NCBI GenBank assembly: GCA_005881575.1
Contig: VBCA01000005.1
Location: 12,322-76,321 of the forward strand
Direction of reading: 5' to 3'
DNA from: Betaproteobacteria bacterium
Lineage (GTDB): Bacteria; Pseudomonadota; Gammaproteobacteria; Burkholderiales; SG8-39
DNA: 64,000 bases
Positions 44,548-57,293 of this stretch are shown here, piece by piece (the first letter of the stretch is position 1; the number at the start of each line of letters is the position of its first letter). Under the pieces are notes generated by a model. It did no database searches. It worked only from the letters and a program-made list of their open reading frames with translations, and was not told the origin of the DNA. The translations under genes and the position numbers were made by a program.

Positions 44548-45168
44548 ATGAAAAACTCTTTCTACCTGTTATTTGCATTGCTGGTCCCCCTCGCGCTGGC
44601 TCAGCAGCTTGCGCCCGACGTCCTGGTGAAATCGATCAGCGAGGAGGTCGTCGCCATCCTCAAGAAGGACAAGGACATTCAGGCGGGCGACACGAAAAAG
44701 GCCGCCGATCTGATCGAGGCGAAGATCGTCCCGCATTTCAACTTCATCCGGATGACCCGGATCGCCATGGCGCGCAACTGGCGGCTCGCCTCGCCGGAGC
44801 AACAAAAGATTCTTGCCGATGAATTCAAGACGCTGCTGGTCCGGACTTATTCGACGGCGATCTCCAATTACCGCGATCAGCAGATCGATTACAAGCCGCT
44901 GCGCGCCAAGCCCGAGGATACCGAGGTCACCGTAAGATCTGAAGTGAAGCCGTCGGGGTCGTCCCAGCCGGTTTCAATCGACTACGAGATGGAAAAAACC
45001 CCCAACGGGTGGAAAGTCTATGACGTCAAGGTCGGCGGGGTGAGCTTGGTTACGACCTACCGCGACACCTTCGCTAGCGAAGTCCGCGAGAACGGCGTGG
45101 AGGGCCTGATCAAATCGCTGGCTGCGAAAAACCGCCAGCCAGAGCGCTCGAAGGCAGGCAAGGCGTGA
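44548..45168 (+). CDS. mlaC: Periplasmic phospholipid-binding protein MlaC (Ttg2D)
   Basis: 206 aa with a signal peptide and an MlaC/toluene-tolerance family sequence (F.F..M....MAR.W). Confidence 0.85.
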   Translation: MKNSFYLLFALLVPLALAQQLAPDVLVKSISEEVVAILKKDKDIQAGDTKKAADLIEAKIVPHFNFIRMTRIAMARNWRLASPEQQKILADEFKTLLVRTYSTAISNYRDQQIDYKPLRAKPEDTEVTVRSEVKPSGSSQPVSIDYEMEKTPNGWKVYDVKVGGVSLVTTYRDTFASEVRENGVEGLIKSLAAKNRQPERSKAGKA

Positions 45169-45452
45169 TCCGTCGAGAGGGCGACTCGCTCGTTCTCGAA
45201 GGCCCGGTGACGCTCGACACCGTACCGGGGCTGATCGGAACTGCGGGGGAACACTTGCGGCAGGGCGTGCGCGTGGTCGACTTCCGCGATGTGACCGAAG
45301 TCGATTCCGCCGCGGTAGCCCTTGCCCTGGAGTGGCTGCGTCGGGCCGCAGAAAGCAGGAGCGGATTGCGCCTCGCCAACTTGCCCGCTGCGATGCAGAA
45401 TCTCGCCAAACTCTACGGAGTGTCCGAGCTGCTTCAGTCGGCTTCGAGCTGA
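45165..45452 (+). CDS. mlaB: STAS-domain protein MlaB
   Basis: 95 aa, a small STAS-like protein that ends the mla cluster. Confidence 0.75.
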   Translation: MIRREGDSLVLEGPVTLDTVPGLIGTAGEHLRQGVRVVDFRDVTEVDSAAVALALEWLRRAAESRSGLRLANLPAAMQNLAKLYGVSELLQSASS

Positions 45453-45476
45453 TCTTTCGCGCGGCCGACCATCGGC

Positions 45477-46373
45477 ATGCCTGCCGCGATCGAAGTCCGC
45501 GACGTCCACAAGCGCTTCGGCGAGCTGCAGGCGCTCTCGGGGATCGACCTCGAGATCCGGCAGGGAGAGTTTTTCGGGTTGCTCGGACCCAATGGAGCGG
45601 GCAAGACTACTCTGATCAGCGTTCTCGCGGGCCTCGCGCGCGCAGACCGGGGCTCGGCCAGGGTGATGGGGCATGATGTACGCGCCGACTATCGCGCCGC
45701 ACGCCGTTCCCTCGGGGTCGTCCCCCAGGAACTGGTATTCGATCCGTTCTTCACCGTGCGCGAGACCTTGCGCTTCCAATCGGGCTATTTCGGAGTGCGC
45801 GACAACGGCGCGTGGATCGAAGAGGTGATGCGGCACCTCGACCTCGCTTCCAAAGCCGAGGTCAACATGCGCGCGCTCTCGGGCGGGATGAAGCGGCGGG
45901 TGCTCGTGGCGCAGGCCCTGGTGCACAAGCCGCCCGTGATCGTGCTCGACGAACCGACCGCGGGCGTCGACGTCGAGCTTCGCCAGGCGCTGTGGCAGTT
46001 CATCCGGAGGCTCAACCGCGACGGCCACACCATCGTGCTGACGACGCACTACCTGGAGGAAGCCGAGGCGCTTTGCGAGCGCATCGCGATGCTCAAACAG
46101 GGGCGCGTCGTGGCGCTCGATTCCACCGCCAACCTGCTCAAGCGCGTGCACCACCTGTTTCTTCGCCTGCGTTTGAGCGGCGAGCTCCCCGGCGAGCTGC
46201 GCCCCCTGGAGCACGGCAGCACCGCGGAAGCCCACATCCTGCGCTTGAAGGGCTTCGAGGACGTCGAGCAGGCTCTCGCGTGCATCCGCAAGGCCGGCTG
46301 CCGCATCGAGGAAATGGAGCTGATGCAGCCCGATCTCGAAGACGCCTTCGTCGACGTGATGCAACGCTCATGA
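45477..46373 (+). CDS. ABC transporter ATP-binding protein (ABC-2 exporter, YadG-like)
   Basis: 298 aa with Walker [10 protein letters not shown], signature LSGGMKRRVLVAQAL and Walker B VLDEPTAG. Confidence 0.9.
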   Translation: MPAAIEVRDVHKRFGELQALSGIDLEIRQGEFFGLLGPNGAGKTTLISVLAGLARADRGSARVMGHDVRADYRAARRSLGVVPQELVFDPFFTVRETLRFQSGYFGVRDNGAWIEEVMRHLDLASKAEVNMRALSGGMKRRVLVAQALVHKPPVIVLDEPTAGVDVELRQALWQFIRRLNRDGHTIVLTTHYLEEAEALCERIAMLKQGRVVALDSTANLLKRVHHLFLRLRLSGELPGELRPLEHGSTAEAHILRLKGFEDVEQALACIRKAGCRIEEMELMQPDLEDAFVDVMQRS

Positions 46374-47125
46374 GCGGATTCCCCACACTGCTGTACAAGG
46401 AAGTGCTGCGCTTCTGGAAGGTGAGCACGCAGACGATCGGCGCGCCGGTGCTCACCGCGGTCCTCTTCTTGTTCATCTTCAGCCACGTCATGGAAGGCCG
46501 GATCCGGATCTACGACGCGGTTCCATACGCGGCGTTCCTGGTTCCGGGCCTGGTAATGATGTCAGTGCTGCAGAATGCCTTTGCCAACAGCTCATCGTCG
46601 CTCGTCCAATCCAAGATGACGGGCAACATCATCTTCGTGCTGCTGCCGCCGCTCGCCTACTGGGAGTTCTTCGCCGCCTACGTGCTGGCCGCGGCCGCGC
46701 GGGGGATGGTCGTCGGCGCGGCGGTGCTGCTGGTCACGCTGCCTTTCGTCGAAATCGAATTTCGCCGCCCGCTGTGGATCATCGCGTTTGCCTTCTCCGC
46801 GAGCGCCGTGCTGGGCTCGCTCGGGATGATCGCGGGAATCTGGGCCGAGAAAATAGACCAGGTCGCAGCTTTCCAGAACTTCTTCATCATGCCCCTCACC
46901 TTTCTTTCGGGAGTGTTCTACTCGATTCATTCGCTCCCGGCTTTCTGGCAAGGGATCTCGCATTTCAACCCGTTTTTCTACATGATTGACGGGTTCCGCT
47001 ACGGTTTTTTCGGCGTTTCGGACGTCAACCCGTTTCGGAGCCTGGCCGTCGTGACGGCCTTTCTGGGCGTGGTTTCCGCAATCACGCTCACGATGCTCAA
47101 GAGCGGTTACAGATTGAGGCACTAG
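46370..47125 (+). CDS. ABC-2 type transporter permease (YadH-like)
   Basis: 251 aa, starting MSGFPTLLYKEVLRFWKV. Its ATG overlaps the ATPase stop (ATGA). Confidence 0.85.
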   Translation: MSGFPTLLYKEVLRFWKVSTQTIGAPVLTAVLFLFIFSHVMEGRIRIYDAVPYAAFLVPGLVMMSVLQNAFANSSSSLVQSKMTGNIIFVLLPPLAYWEFFAAYVLAAAARGMVVGAAVLLVTLPFVEIEFRRPLWIIAFAFSASAVLGSLGMIAGIWAEKIDQVAAFQNFFIMPLTFLSGVFYSIHSLPAFWQGISHFNPFFYMIDGFRYGFFGVSDVNPFRSLAVVTAFLGVVSAITLTMLKSGYRLRH

Positions 47126-47126
47126 C

Positions 47127-48609
<1,483 letters not shown>

Positions 48610-48625
48610 CCCGCGCCGGGAGACG

Positions 48626-48653
48626 CCGGAACCGTTCCGGAATTTTCGGAACG
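48626..48653 (+). promoter_or_regulatory. Overlapping alternative hairpins between murA and hisG (terminator/antiterminator-like)
   Basis: The sequence is CCGGAAC-c-GTTCCGG-aatttt-CGGAACG. Hairpin A (48626-48640) is followed by AATTTT. Hairpin B (48633-48653) reuses the 3' arm of A. Confidence 0.4.
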
Positions 48654-48726
48654 TCATGAAAAATAAGGTTTTCCTTCGCGGTCCTCGCGTTCTTTGCGGT
48701 AAAATCTTCTTTGGACCCATTCCACC

Positions 48727-49371
48727 GTGATCACCCTCGCGCTTTCCAAAGGCCGGATCTTCGATGAATCGCTGCCGCTGCTCGCCGCGGCGGGCATCGA
48801 AACGCTCGACGATCCCGACAGCTCGCGCAAACTCATCCTGCGCACGAGCCGCAGCGACCTGCGGCTGCTCATCGTGCGTGCTCCGGACGTTCCCACCTAC
48901 GTTCAGTACGGCGCCTCCGAGCTGGGGATCGCAGGCAAGGACGTGCTCCTCGAGCACGGCGGCGAGGGGCTGTACCAACCGCTCGACCTCGGCATCGCAT
49001 CGTGCCGCATGGTGGTCGCGGTTCCGGAAGGCTTCGATTATTCGGGCGCGGTGCGCCAGGGTGCGCGCCTGCGCGTGGCGACCAAGTACATGCAGACCGC
49101 GCGCGAGCACTTCGCGGCGAAGGGCGTGCACGTCGATCTGATCAGGCTTTACGGTTCGATGGAGCTCGCGCCGCTCGTGGGTCTCGCCGACGCCATCGTC
49201 GATCTGGTTTCCAGCGGCGACACCTTGCGCGCCAATCGGCTGCACGCGGTCGAGGAGATCCGGCCGATCAGCGCGCGCCTGATCGTCAACCAGGCGGCGC
49301 TCAAGCTCAAGCGCGACGCCATCGAGCCGCTCCTCGACCAGTTCACGAAGGCCGCGGCGACGCATGCCTGA
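48727..49371 (+). CDS. hisG: ATP phosphoribosyltransferase (short form)
   Basis: 214 aa with a GTG start. It begins [18 protein letters not shown]. Confidence 0.9.
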   Translation: MITLALSKGRIFDESLPLLAAAGIETLDDPDSSRKLILRTSRSDLRLLIVRAPDVPTYVQYGASELGIAGKDVLLEHGGEGLYQPLDLGIASCRMVVAVPEGFDYSGAVRQGARLRVATKYMQTAREHFAAKGVHVDLIRLYGSMELAPLVGLADAIVDLVSSGDTLRANRLHAVEEIRPISARLIVNQAALKLKRDAIEPLLDQFTKAAATHA

Positions 49372-50683
49372 GATCGCCCGTCTATCGACGACGGACCCTG
49401 ATTTCGACGCGCGTCTCAAGGCGCTCACCGCGTTCGACACGACGTTCGACCGGAAAGTCGAGGACGACGTCGCAGCGATTCTCGCCGGCGTGAGCGCAAG
49501 GGGCGACGCGGCCGTGCTCGAGTACACGGAACGCTTCGACCGGGTCAAGGTGGCGCGGGTCGCCGATCTGGAGCTGCCGCGCCGAGAAATCGAAAAGGCG
49601 CGCTCGGGATTGGAGGGCGGCGAGCGCGCGGCGCTCGAGCAGGCCGCGGTGCGCATCCGCAAGTATCACGGGCGGCAAGCTGCGAAGTCATGGCAATTCA
49701 CGGAGGCCGATGGCACGACACTCGGCCAGCGCGTGACGCCGCTCGAGCGTGTCGGAATGTATGTCCCCGGCGGCTTGGCGGCCTATCCCTCGTCGGTGTT
49801 GATGAACGCCATTCCGGCGAGGATCGCCGGGGTCCGCGAGCTCATCATGTGCGTGCCCACGCCAAACGGAAAATCCCATCCGCTCGTGCTCGCAGCCGCC
49901 GCGATTGCGGAAGTCGATAGAGTGTTCACCATCGGCGGCGCGCAGGCGATCGCTGCGCTGGCTTACGGCACGCAGACCATCCCGCAAGTCGACAAGATCG
50001 TGGGGCCCGGGAACGCCTGGGTGGTAGCGGCAAAGCGCCGGGTGTTCGGCACGGTCGGCATCGACATGATTTCCGGCCCGACCGAGATTCTGGTCATCTG
50101 CGATGGCGAGACCGCGCCCGACTGGATCGCAATGGACCTGTTTTCGCAGGCCGAACATCATGAGACTTCGCAGGCAATCCTGGTTTCGCCCGACAAAGCA
50201 TTCCTCGACCGAGTGGAGGAAAGCATCGGCCGATTGCTTGCGGGTCTGCCGCGTGCGGAAATCATCGAGCAGTCGCTCGCACGGCGCGGCGCGTTGATCA
50301 AAGTGAAAAACCTCGACGAGGCATGCGACATCGCCAACCGCATTGCTCCGGAGCACTTGGAGCTCTCGGTCGCCGAACCGAAGAAGTGGCTGAAGAAGAT
50401 CCGGCACGCCGGCGCCATTTTTCTGGGGCGTTACTCTTCCGAGGCGCTTGGGGACTACTGCGCCGGCCCCAATCATGTGCTGCCGACTTCGCGGACGGCG
50501 AGGTTCTCCTCGCCGTTGGGGGTGTACGACTTCCAGAAGCGCTCGAGCATCATCGACGTATCGCGCAAAGGGGCGCAGACACTAGGCAAGCTCGCCATGA
50601 CGCTCGCGAAAAGTGAAGGATTCCAGGCGCACGCGCGCTCGGCCGAGCTCCGATTGGGAAAGACGCTCAAGGAAAAGCCGTGA
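49364..50683 (+). CDS. hisD: Histidinol dehydrogenase
   Basis: 439 aa with typical HisD motifs (..[13 protein letters not shown].., ..DL.SQAEH..). Confidence 0.95.
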   Translation: MPEIARLSTTDPDFDARLKALTAFDTTFDRKVEDDVAAILAGVSARGDAAVLEYTERFDRVKVARVADLELPRREIEKARSGLEGGERAALEQAAVRIRKYHGRQAAKSWQFTEADGTTLGQRVTPLERVGMYVPGGLAAYPSSVLMNAIPARIAGVRELIMCVPTPNGKSHPLVLAAAAIAEVDRVFTIGGAQAIAALAYGTQTIPQVDKIVGPGNAWVVAAKRRVFGTVGIDMISGPTEILVICDGETAPDWIAMDLFSQAEHHETSQAILVSPDKAFLDRVEESIGRLLAGLPRAEIIEQSLARRGALIKVKNLDEACDIANRIAPEHLELSVAEPKKWLKKIRHAGAIFLGRYSSEALGDYCAGPNHVLPTSRTARFSSPLGVYDFQKRSSIIDVSRKGAQTLGKLAMTLAKSEGFQAHARSAELRLGKTLKEKP

Positions 50684-51756
50684 GCGCCGGGCCGGAAAAG
50701 ATCATCCGAGACGATATTCGCGCGCTCTCCGCCTATCACGTCCAGCCGGCGCAGGGCATGGTGAAACTCGACGCGATGGAGAACCCGTACCGGTTGCCGG
50801 AGCCGCTGCGCCGCGAGATCGGCGAGGTCGTGGCAAACGCCGAGATCAATCGCTATCCGGATCCGACTGCCCCGGCTCTGATGAGGCGCCTGCGTGAGGT
50901 GATGGGCATCGGGCCGGAGTACGGCGTTTTGCTCGGAAACGGTTCCGACGAAATCATTCACATCATCGTGCAGTGCGTGGCGCGTCCCGGGGCCGTAGTG
51001 CTCGCGCCTCGGCCCGCCTTCTTCATGTTCAGCCAATATGCGCAGTTCGCGGGATTGCCCTACGTGGGCGTGCTCCTCAACCCCGACTTCACGCTCGATG
51101 CCGGCGCATTTTTGCGCGCCATAGCCGAACGCCGGCCCGCGGTCGTGTTCATCGACTACCCCAATAATCCGTCGGGAACCCTGTTTTCGGACCAAGGCAT
51201 TGCGCGAATCATCGCCGCAGCCCCGGGGCTGGTGGTGATCGACGAGGCCTACAACCCATTCGCCCGCAAGACTTTCATGATGCGGCTGGCGGAATTTCCG
51301 AACCTCGTAGTCATGCGCACCCTGTCCAAACTCGGGCTCGCCGGCATACGGCTCGGCTATGCCGTCGGACGGCCCGAGTGGATCCGCGAATTCAACAAGG
51401 TGCGCCCCCCTTATAACGTCAACGTGCTGACCCTGCTGGTCGCCGAGCGCGTCCTCGCGCACTACGACGTGCTCGACGCGCAAGCGCGGAGTATCAACGC
51501 GGAGCGCGAGCGCCTGGACGGCGAGCTGCGCAAGCTGCCCGGGGTGACGGTTTTTCCAAGCGACGCGAATTTCATCCTGGTTCGCGTTCCCGACGCCCGC
51601 CGGGTCTTCGAGGGCATGCGTCGCCGCGGCGTGCTGATCAAGAACCTGCATACCGGCGTGCCGCTGCTCGATCATTGCGTCCGACTCACCATCGGGACGC
51701 CGGAGGAGAATCGGCGATGTCTTGCCGCGTTCGCGGAAGCGCTCGCCGAGGGCTGA
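50680..51756 (+). CDS. hisC: Histidinol-phosphate aminotransferase
   Basis: 358 aa, a class-II aminotransferase with the PLP-Lys region TLSKLGLAG. Confidence 0.9.
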   Translation: MSAGPEKIIRDDIRALSAYHVQPAQGMVKLDAMENPYRLPEPLRREIGEVVANAEINRYPDPTAPALMRRLREVMGIGPEYGVLLGNGSDEIIHIIVQCVARPGAVVLAPRPAFFMFSQYAQFAGLPYVGVLLNPDFTLDAGAFLRAIAERRPAVVFIDYPNNPSGTLFSDQGIARIIAAAPGLVVIDEAYNPFARKTFMMRLAEFPNLVVMRTLSKLGLAGIRLGYAVGRPEWIREFNKVRPPYNVNVLTLLVAERVLAHYDVLDAQARSINAERERLDGELRKLPGVTVFPSDANFILVRVPDARRVFEGMRRRGVLIKNLHTGVPLLDHCVRLTIGTPEENRRCLAAFAEALAEG

Positions 51757-51791
51757 TTTCGTGTAGGCTATCGCGCTGAAGCTCTACCGCA

Positions 51792-52385
51792 ATGCCCCCG
51801 CGCTCAGCAACCGCCGACCGCAAGACCACCGAGACGCAAATCGCCCTCTCGGTCGATGTCGACGGCAGCGGGCGGGCGGACCTTGCGACGGGCATTCCGT
51901 TTTTCGATCACATGCTCGAGCAGCTTGCGCGCCACGGGATGCTCGATCTCGATATTCGGGCAAAGGGCGACCTGCAGGTGGACGCGCACCATACGGTCGA
52001 GGACGTCGGGATCACGCTGGGCCAGGCGGTGGCGCGTGCCGTCGGCGACAAGAAAGGCATCCGGCGTTACGGCCATGCCTACGTACCGCTCGACGAGGCG
52101 CTGTCGCGCGTCGTGATCGATTTTTCCGGGCGGCCGGGGCTCGAGTACCACGTCAAGTTCAAGCGCGCCCTGATCGGCGACTTCGACGTGGATCTGGTGC
52201 ACGAATTCTTCCAGGGTTTTGCCAACCACGCCCAGGTGACGCTGCATATCGACAACCTGCGCGGGGACAACGCGCATCATCAGTGCGAGACGATGTTCAA
52301 GGCGTTCGCGCGGGCCCTGCGCATGGCGCTGGAGCCGGATCCGCGCGCGGAAGGAACCATCCCATCCACGAAGGGCACGCTCTAG
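51792..52385 (+). CDS. hisB: Imidazoleglycerol-phosphate dehydratase
   Basis: 197 aa with the motifs [11 protein letters not shown] and HH..E..FKA.ARAL. Confidence 0.95.
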   Translation: MPPRSATADRKTTETQIALSVDVDGSGRADLATGIPFFDHMLEQLARHGMLDLDIRAKGDLQVDAHHTVEDVGITLGQAVARAVGDKKGIRRYGHAYVPLDEALSRVVIDFSGRPGLEYHVKFKRALIGDFDVDLVHEFFQGFANHAQVTLHIDNLRGDNAHHQCETMFKAFARALRMALEPDPRAEGTIPSTKGTL

Positions 52386-52407
52386 GCTCTTTTCGACTGA
52401 CCCTGCA

Positions 52408-53043
52408 ATGCACGTCGCGGTTGTCGATTACGGCATGGGGAATCTCCATTCGGTTTCCAAGGCGGTGGAGCATGTCGCGCCGCACGCGAGGGTCGAGGTG
52501 ACCTCCGATCCGGCGCGCGTAGCGGGCGCCGATCGGGTCGTATTTCCGGGCCAGGGCGCGATGCCGGATTGCATGCGCGAGCTGGATGCGCGTGGGTTGC
52601 GTCCAGCGGTCCTCGCAGCCGCCCGCAGCCGGCCGTTTCTGGGAATCTGCATCGGGCTCCAGATGCTCTTCGAACGCAGCGACGAAGGCGATGTGGCCGG
52701 ACTCGCGCTCCTCCCGGGAACCGTGCGTTGTTTTCCCGCCGAGGCCATGGTCGACCACGAAGGAAACAAGCTCAAGGTTCCTCACATCGGCTGGAACCGC
52801 GTGAAGCAGTCCGCGTCGCACGCCCTGTGGTCGGGCATCGAGGACGGCACCCGCTTCTATTTCGTCCACAGCTACTTTCCGCAGACGGGGGAGGCCGCGC
52901 TGATACGGGGCACCACCGACTACGGCCTCTCCTTTACCTGCACGGTGGCACGGGATAATGTTTTTGCGGTACAGTTCCACCCGGAAAAGAGCGATATTGC
53001 GGGCCTGCGGTTACTCGCCAACTTCCTCAACTGGAATCCCTGA
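52408..53043 (+). CDS. hisH: Imidazole glycerol phosphate synthase, glutaminase subunit
   Basis: 211 aa. It begins [14 protein letters not shown], has the catalytic Cys region GICIGLQ, and ends FHPEKS. Confidence 0.95.
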   Translation: MHVAVVDYGMGNLHSVSKAVEHVAPHARVEVTSDPARVAGADRVVFPGQGAMPDCMRELDARGLRPAVLAAARSRPFLGICIGLQMLFERSDEGDVAGLALLPGTVRCFPAEAMVDHEGNKLKVPHIGWNRVKQSASHALWSGIEDGTRFYFVHSYFPQTGEAALIRGTTDYGLSFTCTVARDNVFAVQFHPEKSDIAGLRLLANFLNWNP

Positions 53044-53098
53044 ATCCTTCCATCGGCCGTCCCGGGTTGCCCCGGACTTTGCGCTGTTTCCCGACTCA

Positions 53099-53860
53099 AT
53101 GCTGATCATTCCGGCGCTTGACATCAAGGACGGACACTGCGTCCGCCTGAAACAGGGAAAGATGAAGGACGCCACGGTGTTCTCGGAGGACCCCGTCGGC
53201 ATGGCCCGGCACTGGAAGGCCGAAGGCGCGCGCCGGCTGCACCTGGTCGATCTGAACGGCGCGGCGGCCGGCAAGCCCAAGAACGAGAGTGTCATCCGCG
53301 CGATCCTGCAGGCGCTCGGGGATTCCCCGCCCGTGCAACTGGGCGGGGGCATCCGGGACCTGGACACGATCGAGCACTATCTCGACCTCGGAGTCGGCTA
53401 CATCATCATCGGGACCGCGGCGGTTAAAAACCCAGGCTTCCTGCAAGACGCGTGCACGGCTTTTTCCGGACACATCATCGTTGCGCTCGACGCCAAGGAC
53501 GGCAAAGTCGCCGTCGAGGGCTGGTCCAAGATGACCGGTCACGACGTGGTGGACCTCGCGAAGAAATTCCAGGACTATGGCGTCGAGGCGATCATCTACA
53601 CCGACATCGGCCGCGACGGCATGCTGACGGGAGTGAACATCGACGCGACGCTCAAGCTCGCGAGGCAGTTGCGCGTTCCGGTGATCGCGAGCGGCGGCCT
53701 CACGAGCGTCGAAGACATCAAGGCCCTCTGCAAGATCGAATCCGAAGGCATCGACGGCGTCATTACCGGTCGCGCGATCTATCTGGGCACGCTCGATTTC
53801 AAGAAGGCCCAGGCCGAAGCGGACAAACTGGGGAAGAGCAAAGGGAAGACGCAGGAGTGA
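53099..53860 (+). CDS. hisA: ProFAR isomerase
   Basis: It begins [20 protein letters not shown] and contains YTDI.RDGML.G. Confidence 0.95.
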   Translation: MLIIPALDIKDGHCVRLKQGKMKDATVFSEDPVGMARHWKAEGARRLHLVDLNGAAAGKPKNESVIRAILQALGDSPPVQLGGGIRDLDTIEHYLDLGVGYIIIGTAAVKNPGFLQDACTAFSGHIIVALDAKDGKVAVEGWSKMTGHDVVDLAKKFQDYGVEAIIYTDIGRDGMLTGVNIDATLKLARQLRVPVIASGGLTSVEDIKALCKIESEGIDGVITGRAIYLGTLDFKKAQAEADKLGKSKGKTQE

Positions 53861-53922
53861 GGGTCGGGGGAAACTTCCCTCGGCGTGCGATCTGATCTTT
53901 CCAGGTCCTCGATCCTCCAGCC

Positions 53923-54696
53923 ATGCTCGCCAAGCGCGTCATTCCCTGTCTCGACGTCGATCGAGGGCGCGTCGTCAAAGGCATCAACTTCCTCGGCCTG
54001 CGCGACGCGGGCGACCCGGTCGAGATCGCGCGGCGCTACAACGAGCAGGGCGCCGACGAACTGACGTTCCTCGACATCACCGCGAGCTCCGAGGAGCGAG
54101 ATCTGATCCTGCACGTCGTCGAAGAGGTCGCCGCACAAGTGTTCATTCCCCTCACCGTGGGCGGCGGCGTGCGCAAGGTGGAGGACGTGAGACGCTTGCT
54201 CAATGCGGGAGCCGACAAGGTCTCCATCAACACCGCCGCGGTCCAGAACCCGCAGCTCATCGCCGATGCCGCCGGTCGCTACGGCGCCCAGTGCATCGTG
54301 GTCGCGATCGACGCCAAACAGACGAAGCCCGCGCCGAGTTCCGGGATTCGCTGGGAGGTGTTTACCCACGGGGGACGCCGGCCGGCCGGATTGGACGCCG
54401 TCGAATGGGCGCGTAAAATGCAACAGCTGGGCGCGGGCGAAATCCTGCTCACGAGCATGGACCGCGACGGTACCCGCGAAGGCTTCGATCTCGCGCTCAC
54501 GCGCGCCGTCGCCGAGGCGGTGGATGTCCCGGTGATCGCAAGCGGTGGCGTCGGCAAGCTCGATCACCTCGTCGAGGGCGTGCTGGAGGGCCGCGCCGAC
54601 GCGGTTCTCGCTGCGAGCATTTTTCATTTCGGAGAATTCACCGTGCGCGCCGCGAAGGAGCACATGGCAAAGCGCGGGATCGAAGTCAGGCTTTGA
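53923..54696 (+). CDS. hisF: Imidazole glycerol phosphate synthase, cyclase subunit
   Basis: 257 aa. It begins [12 protein letters not shown] and contains [12 protein letters not shown]. Confidence 0.95.
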   Translation: MLAKRVIPCLDVDRGRVVKGINFLGLRDAGDPVEIARRYNEQGADELTFLDITASSEERDLILHVVEEVAAQVFIPLTVGGGVRKVEDVRRLLNAGADKVSINTAAVQNPQLIADAAGRYGAQCIVVAIDAKQTKPAPSSGIRWEVFTHGGRRPAGLDAVEWARKMQQLGAGEILLTSMDRDGTREGFDLALTRAVAEAVDVPVIASGGVGKLDHLVEGVLEGRADAVLAASIFHFGEFTVRAAKEHMAKRGIEVRL

Positions 54697-54709
54697 ATCG
54701 GTGGACGCG

Positions 54710-55099
54710 ATGGCAGAGGACTGGATCGAGAAAGTGAAGTGGGACGAGCACGGCCTCGTCCCCGCGATCGCCCAGGAGATGTCGACGAACAAGGTCCTGA
54801 CACTCGCCTGGATGAACCGCGAGTCGCTCGCCAAGACGGCGGCGACCGGTGAAGCGCACTACTGGTCGCGTTCTAGAAACCGGCTGTGGAAAAAAGGCGA
54901 ACAGTCCGGAAACGTGCAGACGGTGCGCGAGATCCGGCTCGACTGCGACGAGGACGTGGTGCTGCTTGGCGTGGAGCAAGCCGGTGGTATTGCCTGCCAT
55001 ACAGGAAGGCACAGCTGCTTTTTCCAGAAGCTCGACAACGGACGCTGGGTGACGGTGGACCCGGTGATCAAGGACCCGAAGCAAATATACGGACGATGA
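54710..55099 (+). CDS. hisI: Phosphoribosyl-AMP cyclohydrolase
   Basis: 129 aa with [16 protein letters not shown] and the C.TG..SCF motif. Confidence 0.9.
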   Translation: MAEDWIEKVKWDEHGLVPAIAQEMSTNKVLTLAWMNRESLAKTAATGEAHYWSRSRNRLWKKGEQSGNVQTVREIRLDCDEDVVLLGVEQAGGIACHTGRHSCFFQKLDNGRWVTVDPVIKDPKQIYGR

Positions 55100-55440
55100 G
55101 CGACATACTCGAACGGCTGGCGGACGTGGTCGAGGCGCGCAAGGCCGGCGACCCGGAAAAGTCCTACGTATCGCGCCTCTTCGCGCGCGGACCCGACGCG
55201 ATCCTGAAGAAACTCGGCGAGGAAGCCACCGAAGCCGTGATGGCCGCCAAGGACGGCGACCGGTTGCGCATCGTCGGCGAAACGGCCGACCTGTGGTTTC
55301 ACTGCCTCATCATGCTCGCGCAGTACGGCTTGCGGCCCGCCGACGTGCTCGCGGAGCTGCGACGCCGCGAGGGCATTTCCGGGATCGACGAAAAGGCCGC
55401 GCGCGCAGACAAGCGACGCGCAAAGGCCGAGCGGAAATAG
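55096..55440 (+). CDS. hisE: Phosphoribosyl-ATP pyrophosphatase
   Basis: 114 aa with SY...L...G.D.ILKK.GEEA.E and AD.L.H. Confidence 0.9.
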   Translation: MSDILERLADVVEARKAGDPEKSYVSRLFARGPDAILKKLGEEATEAVMAAKDGDRLRIVGETADLWFHCLIMLAQYGLRPADVLAELRRREGISGIDEKAARADKRRAKAERK

Positions 55441-55442
55441 GG

Positions 55443-55805
55443 ATGAACGCGGAAAGCTGCGTCTTCTGCAAGATCGTCCGGGGAGAAATCCCCAGCCGAA
55501 AAATCTACGAGGACGCCGATATTTTCGCCTTCCATGATATCCATCCGCTCGCCCCGGTGCATTTCATGATCATTCCGAAGAAACACATTGAATCGCTGGC
55601 GCATTGCGAGCTGGGCGACCCGGCGATGCTGGGCAAGATGCTCGCTATGGCGCCGCGCTTGGCGCGCGAGCAGGGGTCGACCGACGGTTTTCGCGTCATC
55701 ATCAACACCGGCCGTGTGGGCCGACAGGAGGTGTATCATCTGCACGTCCATGTCATCGGCGGCCCGGACGCGTTGGGCCCGATGCTGAAACGCACGAAAG
55801 GGTAA
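55443..55805 (+). CDS. Histidine triad (HIT) nucleotide-binding protein
   Basis: 120 aa. It begins CVFCKIV.GEIP and has the HIT motif HLHVHVIGG. Confidence 0.9.
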   Translation: MNAESCVFCKIVRGEIPSRKIYEDADIFAFHDIHPLAPVHFMIIPKKHIESLAHCELGDPAMLGKMLAMAPRLAREQGSTDGFRVIINTGRVGRQEVYHLHVHVIGGPDALGPMLKRTKG

Positions 55806-55808
55806 GCC

Positions 55809-56042
55809 ATGGGTACCTGGAGCATTTGGCACTGGCTGGTCGTTCTGCTGATCGTTCTGCTCGTTTTCGGCACCAAGAAACTCCGTAATATCGGCGCCGA
55901 CCTGGGCGGGGCTGTACGCGGATTCAAGGACGGCATGAAGGAGTCCGGGGCCGACAAGCATTCCGAGAGCGGATCTTCGCCCCAATCCCAGCTGGGCGGC
56001 CGCACCATCGAGGGCGAGGTCAAGGACAAGGCCAAGACCTGA
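55809..56042 (+). CDS. tatA: Sec-independent protein translocase TatA
   Basis: 77 aa. Its TM helix is followed by [14 protein letters not shown]. Confidence 0.9.
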   Translation: MGTWSIWHWLVVLLIVLLVFGTKKLRNIGADLGGAVRGFKDGMKESGADKHSESGSSPQSQLGGRTIEGEVKDKAKT

Positions 56043-56066
56043 AGAGGTCTTCGCCCCGATCCGGAT

Positions 56067-56093
56067 GCCGGGAGCTGTCCCGGCTTCTTTTTT
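56067..56093 (+). terminator. Intrinsic terminator/attenuator between tatA and tatB
   Basis: The sequence GCCGGGA-gctg-TCCCGGC is followed by TTCTTTTTT. It lies 25 nt after the tatA stop. Confidence 0.6.
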
Positions 56094-56113
56094 GAACGAT
56101 TCGTTCACCCACC

Positions 56114-56536
56114 GTGTTTGACGTCGGATTCTCCGAACTGATGGTGATCGCCGTCGTGGCGCTCATCGTCATCGGGCCGGAGCGGCTGCCTCGCGTGGCG
56201 CGCACCATGGGCCACTTGTTCGGCCGGCTACAGCGCTACGTCAACGATGTCAAGGCCGACATCAACCGCGAGATCGAGCTGGAGGAGCTGCGCAAGTTCA
56301 AAACCACCTTCGAGGACGCCGCGCGCGGGTTCGAGGGAACGGTCAATGCGACTGTCGACTCGGTTCAAAGCGAGGTGTCGAAAACCGAAACCGAGCTCAA
56401 TGAGTTGACGAAAATCGAGGGCTCCCCAGCCCCCTCGGGTACCCCGCAGCCGGCACCCGCAGAGGCGGCCCCGCAACCGGGTGAAGTCGGCCGCGAGCCG
56501 CAAGGCGGTGGGCCACCGGAAAAGACGTCCGTCTGA
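56114..56536 (+). CDS. tatB: Sec-independent protein translocase TatB
   Basis: 140 aa with a GTG start, beginning [26 protein letters not shown]. Confidence 0.9.
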   Translation: MFDVGFSELMVIAVVALIVIGPERLPRVARTMGHLFGRLQRYVNDVKADINREIELEELRKFKTTFEDAARGFEGTVNATVDSVQSEVSKTETELNELTKIEGSPAPSGTPQPAPAEAAPQPGEVGREPQGGGPPEKTSV

Positions 56537-56546
56537 GCGGCCGCGG

Positions 56547-57293
56547 ATGAGCACGCCGGACACCTTCATCTCCCATCTGGTCGAGCTGCGCGACCGGCTC
56601 CTGCGCGCGATCCTTGCGGTTATCATCGTGTTCATTTGCCTTTTTCCCTGGGCGAGGGAGCTCTACGCGCTCCTCGCCAAGCCCTTGGTTGCGGCGCTAC
56701 CGGCGGGCGGCCAGATGATCGCAACCGACGTGGTCGGTGTGTTTCTCGTTCCGGTCAAGGTGGCGTTTCTCGTGGCGTTCGTGATCGCGCTCCCCTATGT
56801 CCTCTACCAGGTGTGGGCGTTCGTCGCGCCGGGTTTATATGTGAACGAGAAGCGCCTGGTGCTGCCTCTGGTGGTCGCGAGCTCGGTGCTGTTCATCGTG
56901 GGGATGTCGTTCGCGTATTTCCTCGTGTTTCCCGTGGTATTTAAGTTCATGGCGTCGATCGCCCCCGAGGGCGTCGCGTGGATGACCGACATCGACAAAT
57001 ATCTTTCCTTCGCGCTCACCACCTTCATGGCGTTCGGGGTGACCTTCGAGGTTCCGGTGGTGGTCATCGTCCTGGTGCGCGTGGGCGTGGTTTCCATAGA
57101 AAAGCTGAAGGAAATCCGCCCCTACGTGATCGTCGGCGCATTCATAGTCGGGGCGATATTCACGCCTCCCGACGTCATCTCCCAGGTGATGCTCGCCATG
57201 CCGCTTTGGTTTCTCTATGAGCTCGGCATCGTCCTCGCGCGCATGGTCGGCCGGTCCGCGGCGGCCTCCGAAGCACCCGGGGGCAGCGACTAG
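56547..57293 (+). CDS. tatC: Sec-independent protein translocase TatC
   Basis: 248 aa, polytopic, with the HL.ELR.RL opening. Confidence 0.9.
   Translation: MSTPDTFISHLVELRDRLLRAILAVIIVFICLFPWARELYALLAKPLVAALPAGGQMIATDVVGVFLVPVKVAFLVAFVIALPYVLYQVWAFVAPGLYVNEKRLVLPLVVASSVLFIVGMSFAYFLVFPVVFKFMASIAPEGVAWMTDIDKYLSFALTTFMAFGVTFEVPVVVIVLVRVGVVSIEKLKEIRPYVIVGAFIVGAIFTPPDVISQVMLAMPLWFLYELGIVLARMVGRSAAASEAPGGSD

Noticed and set aside
48656-48730. A classical histidine attenuator leader peptide upstream of hisG.
   Set aside because: The 24-codon ORF contains no His codons, so the classic mechanism does not apply. It is retained only as a generic leader candidate.
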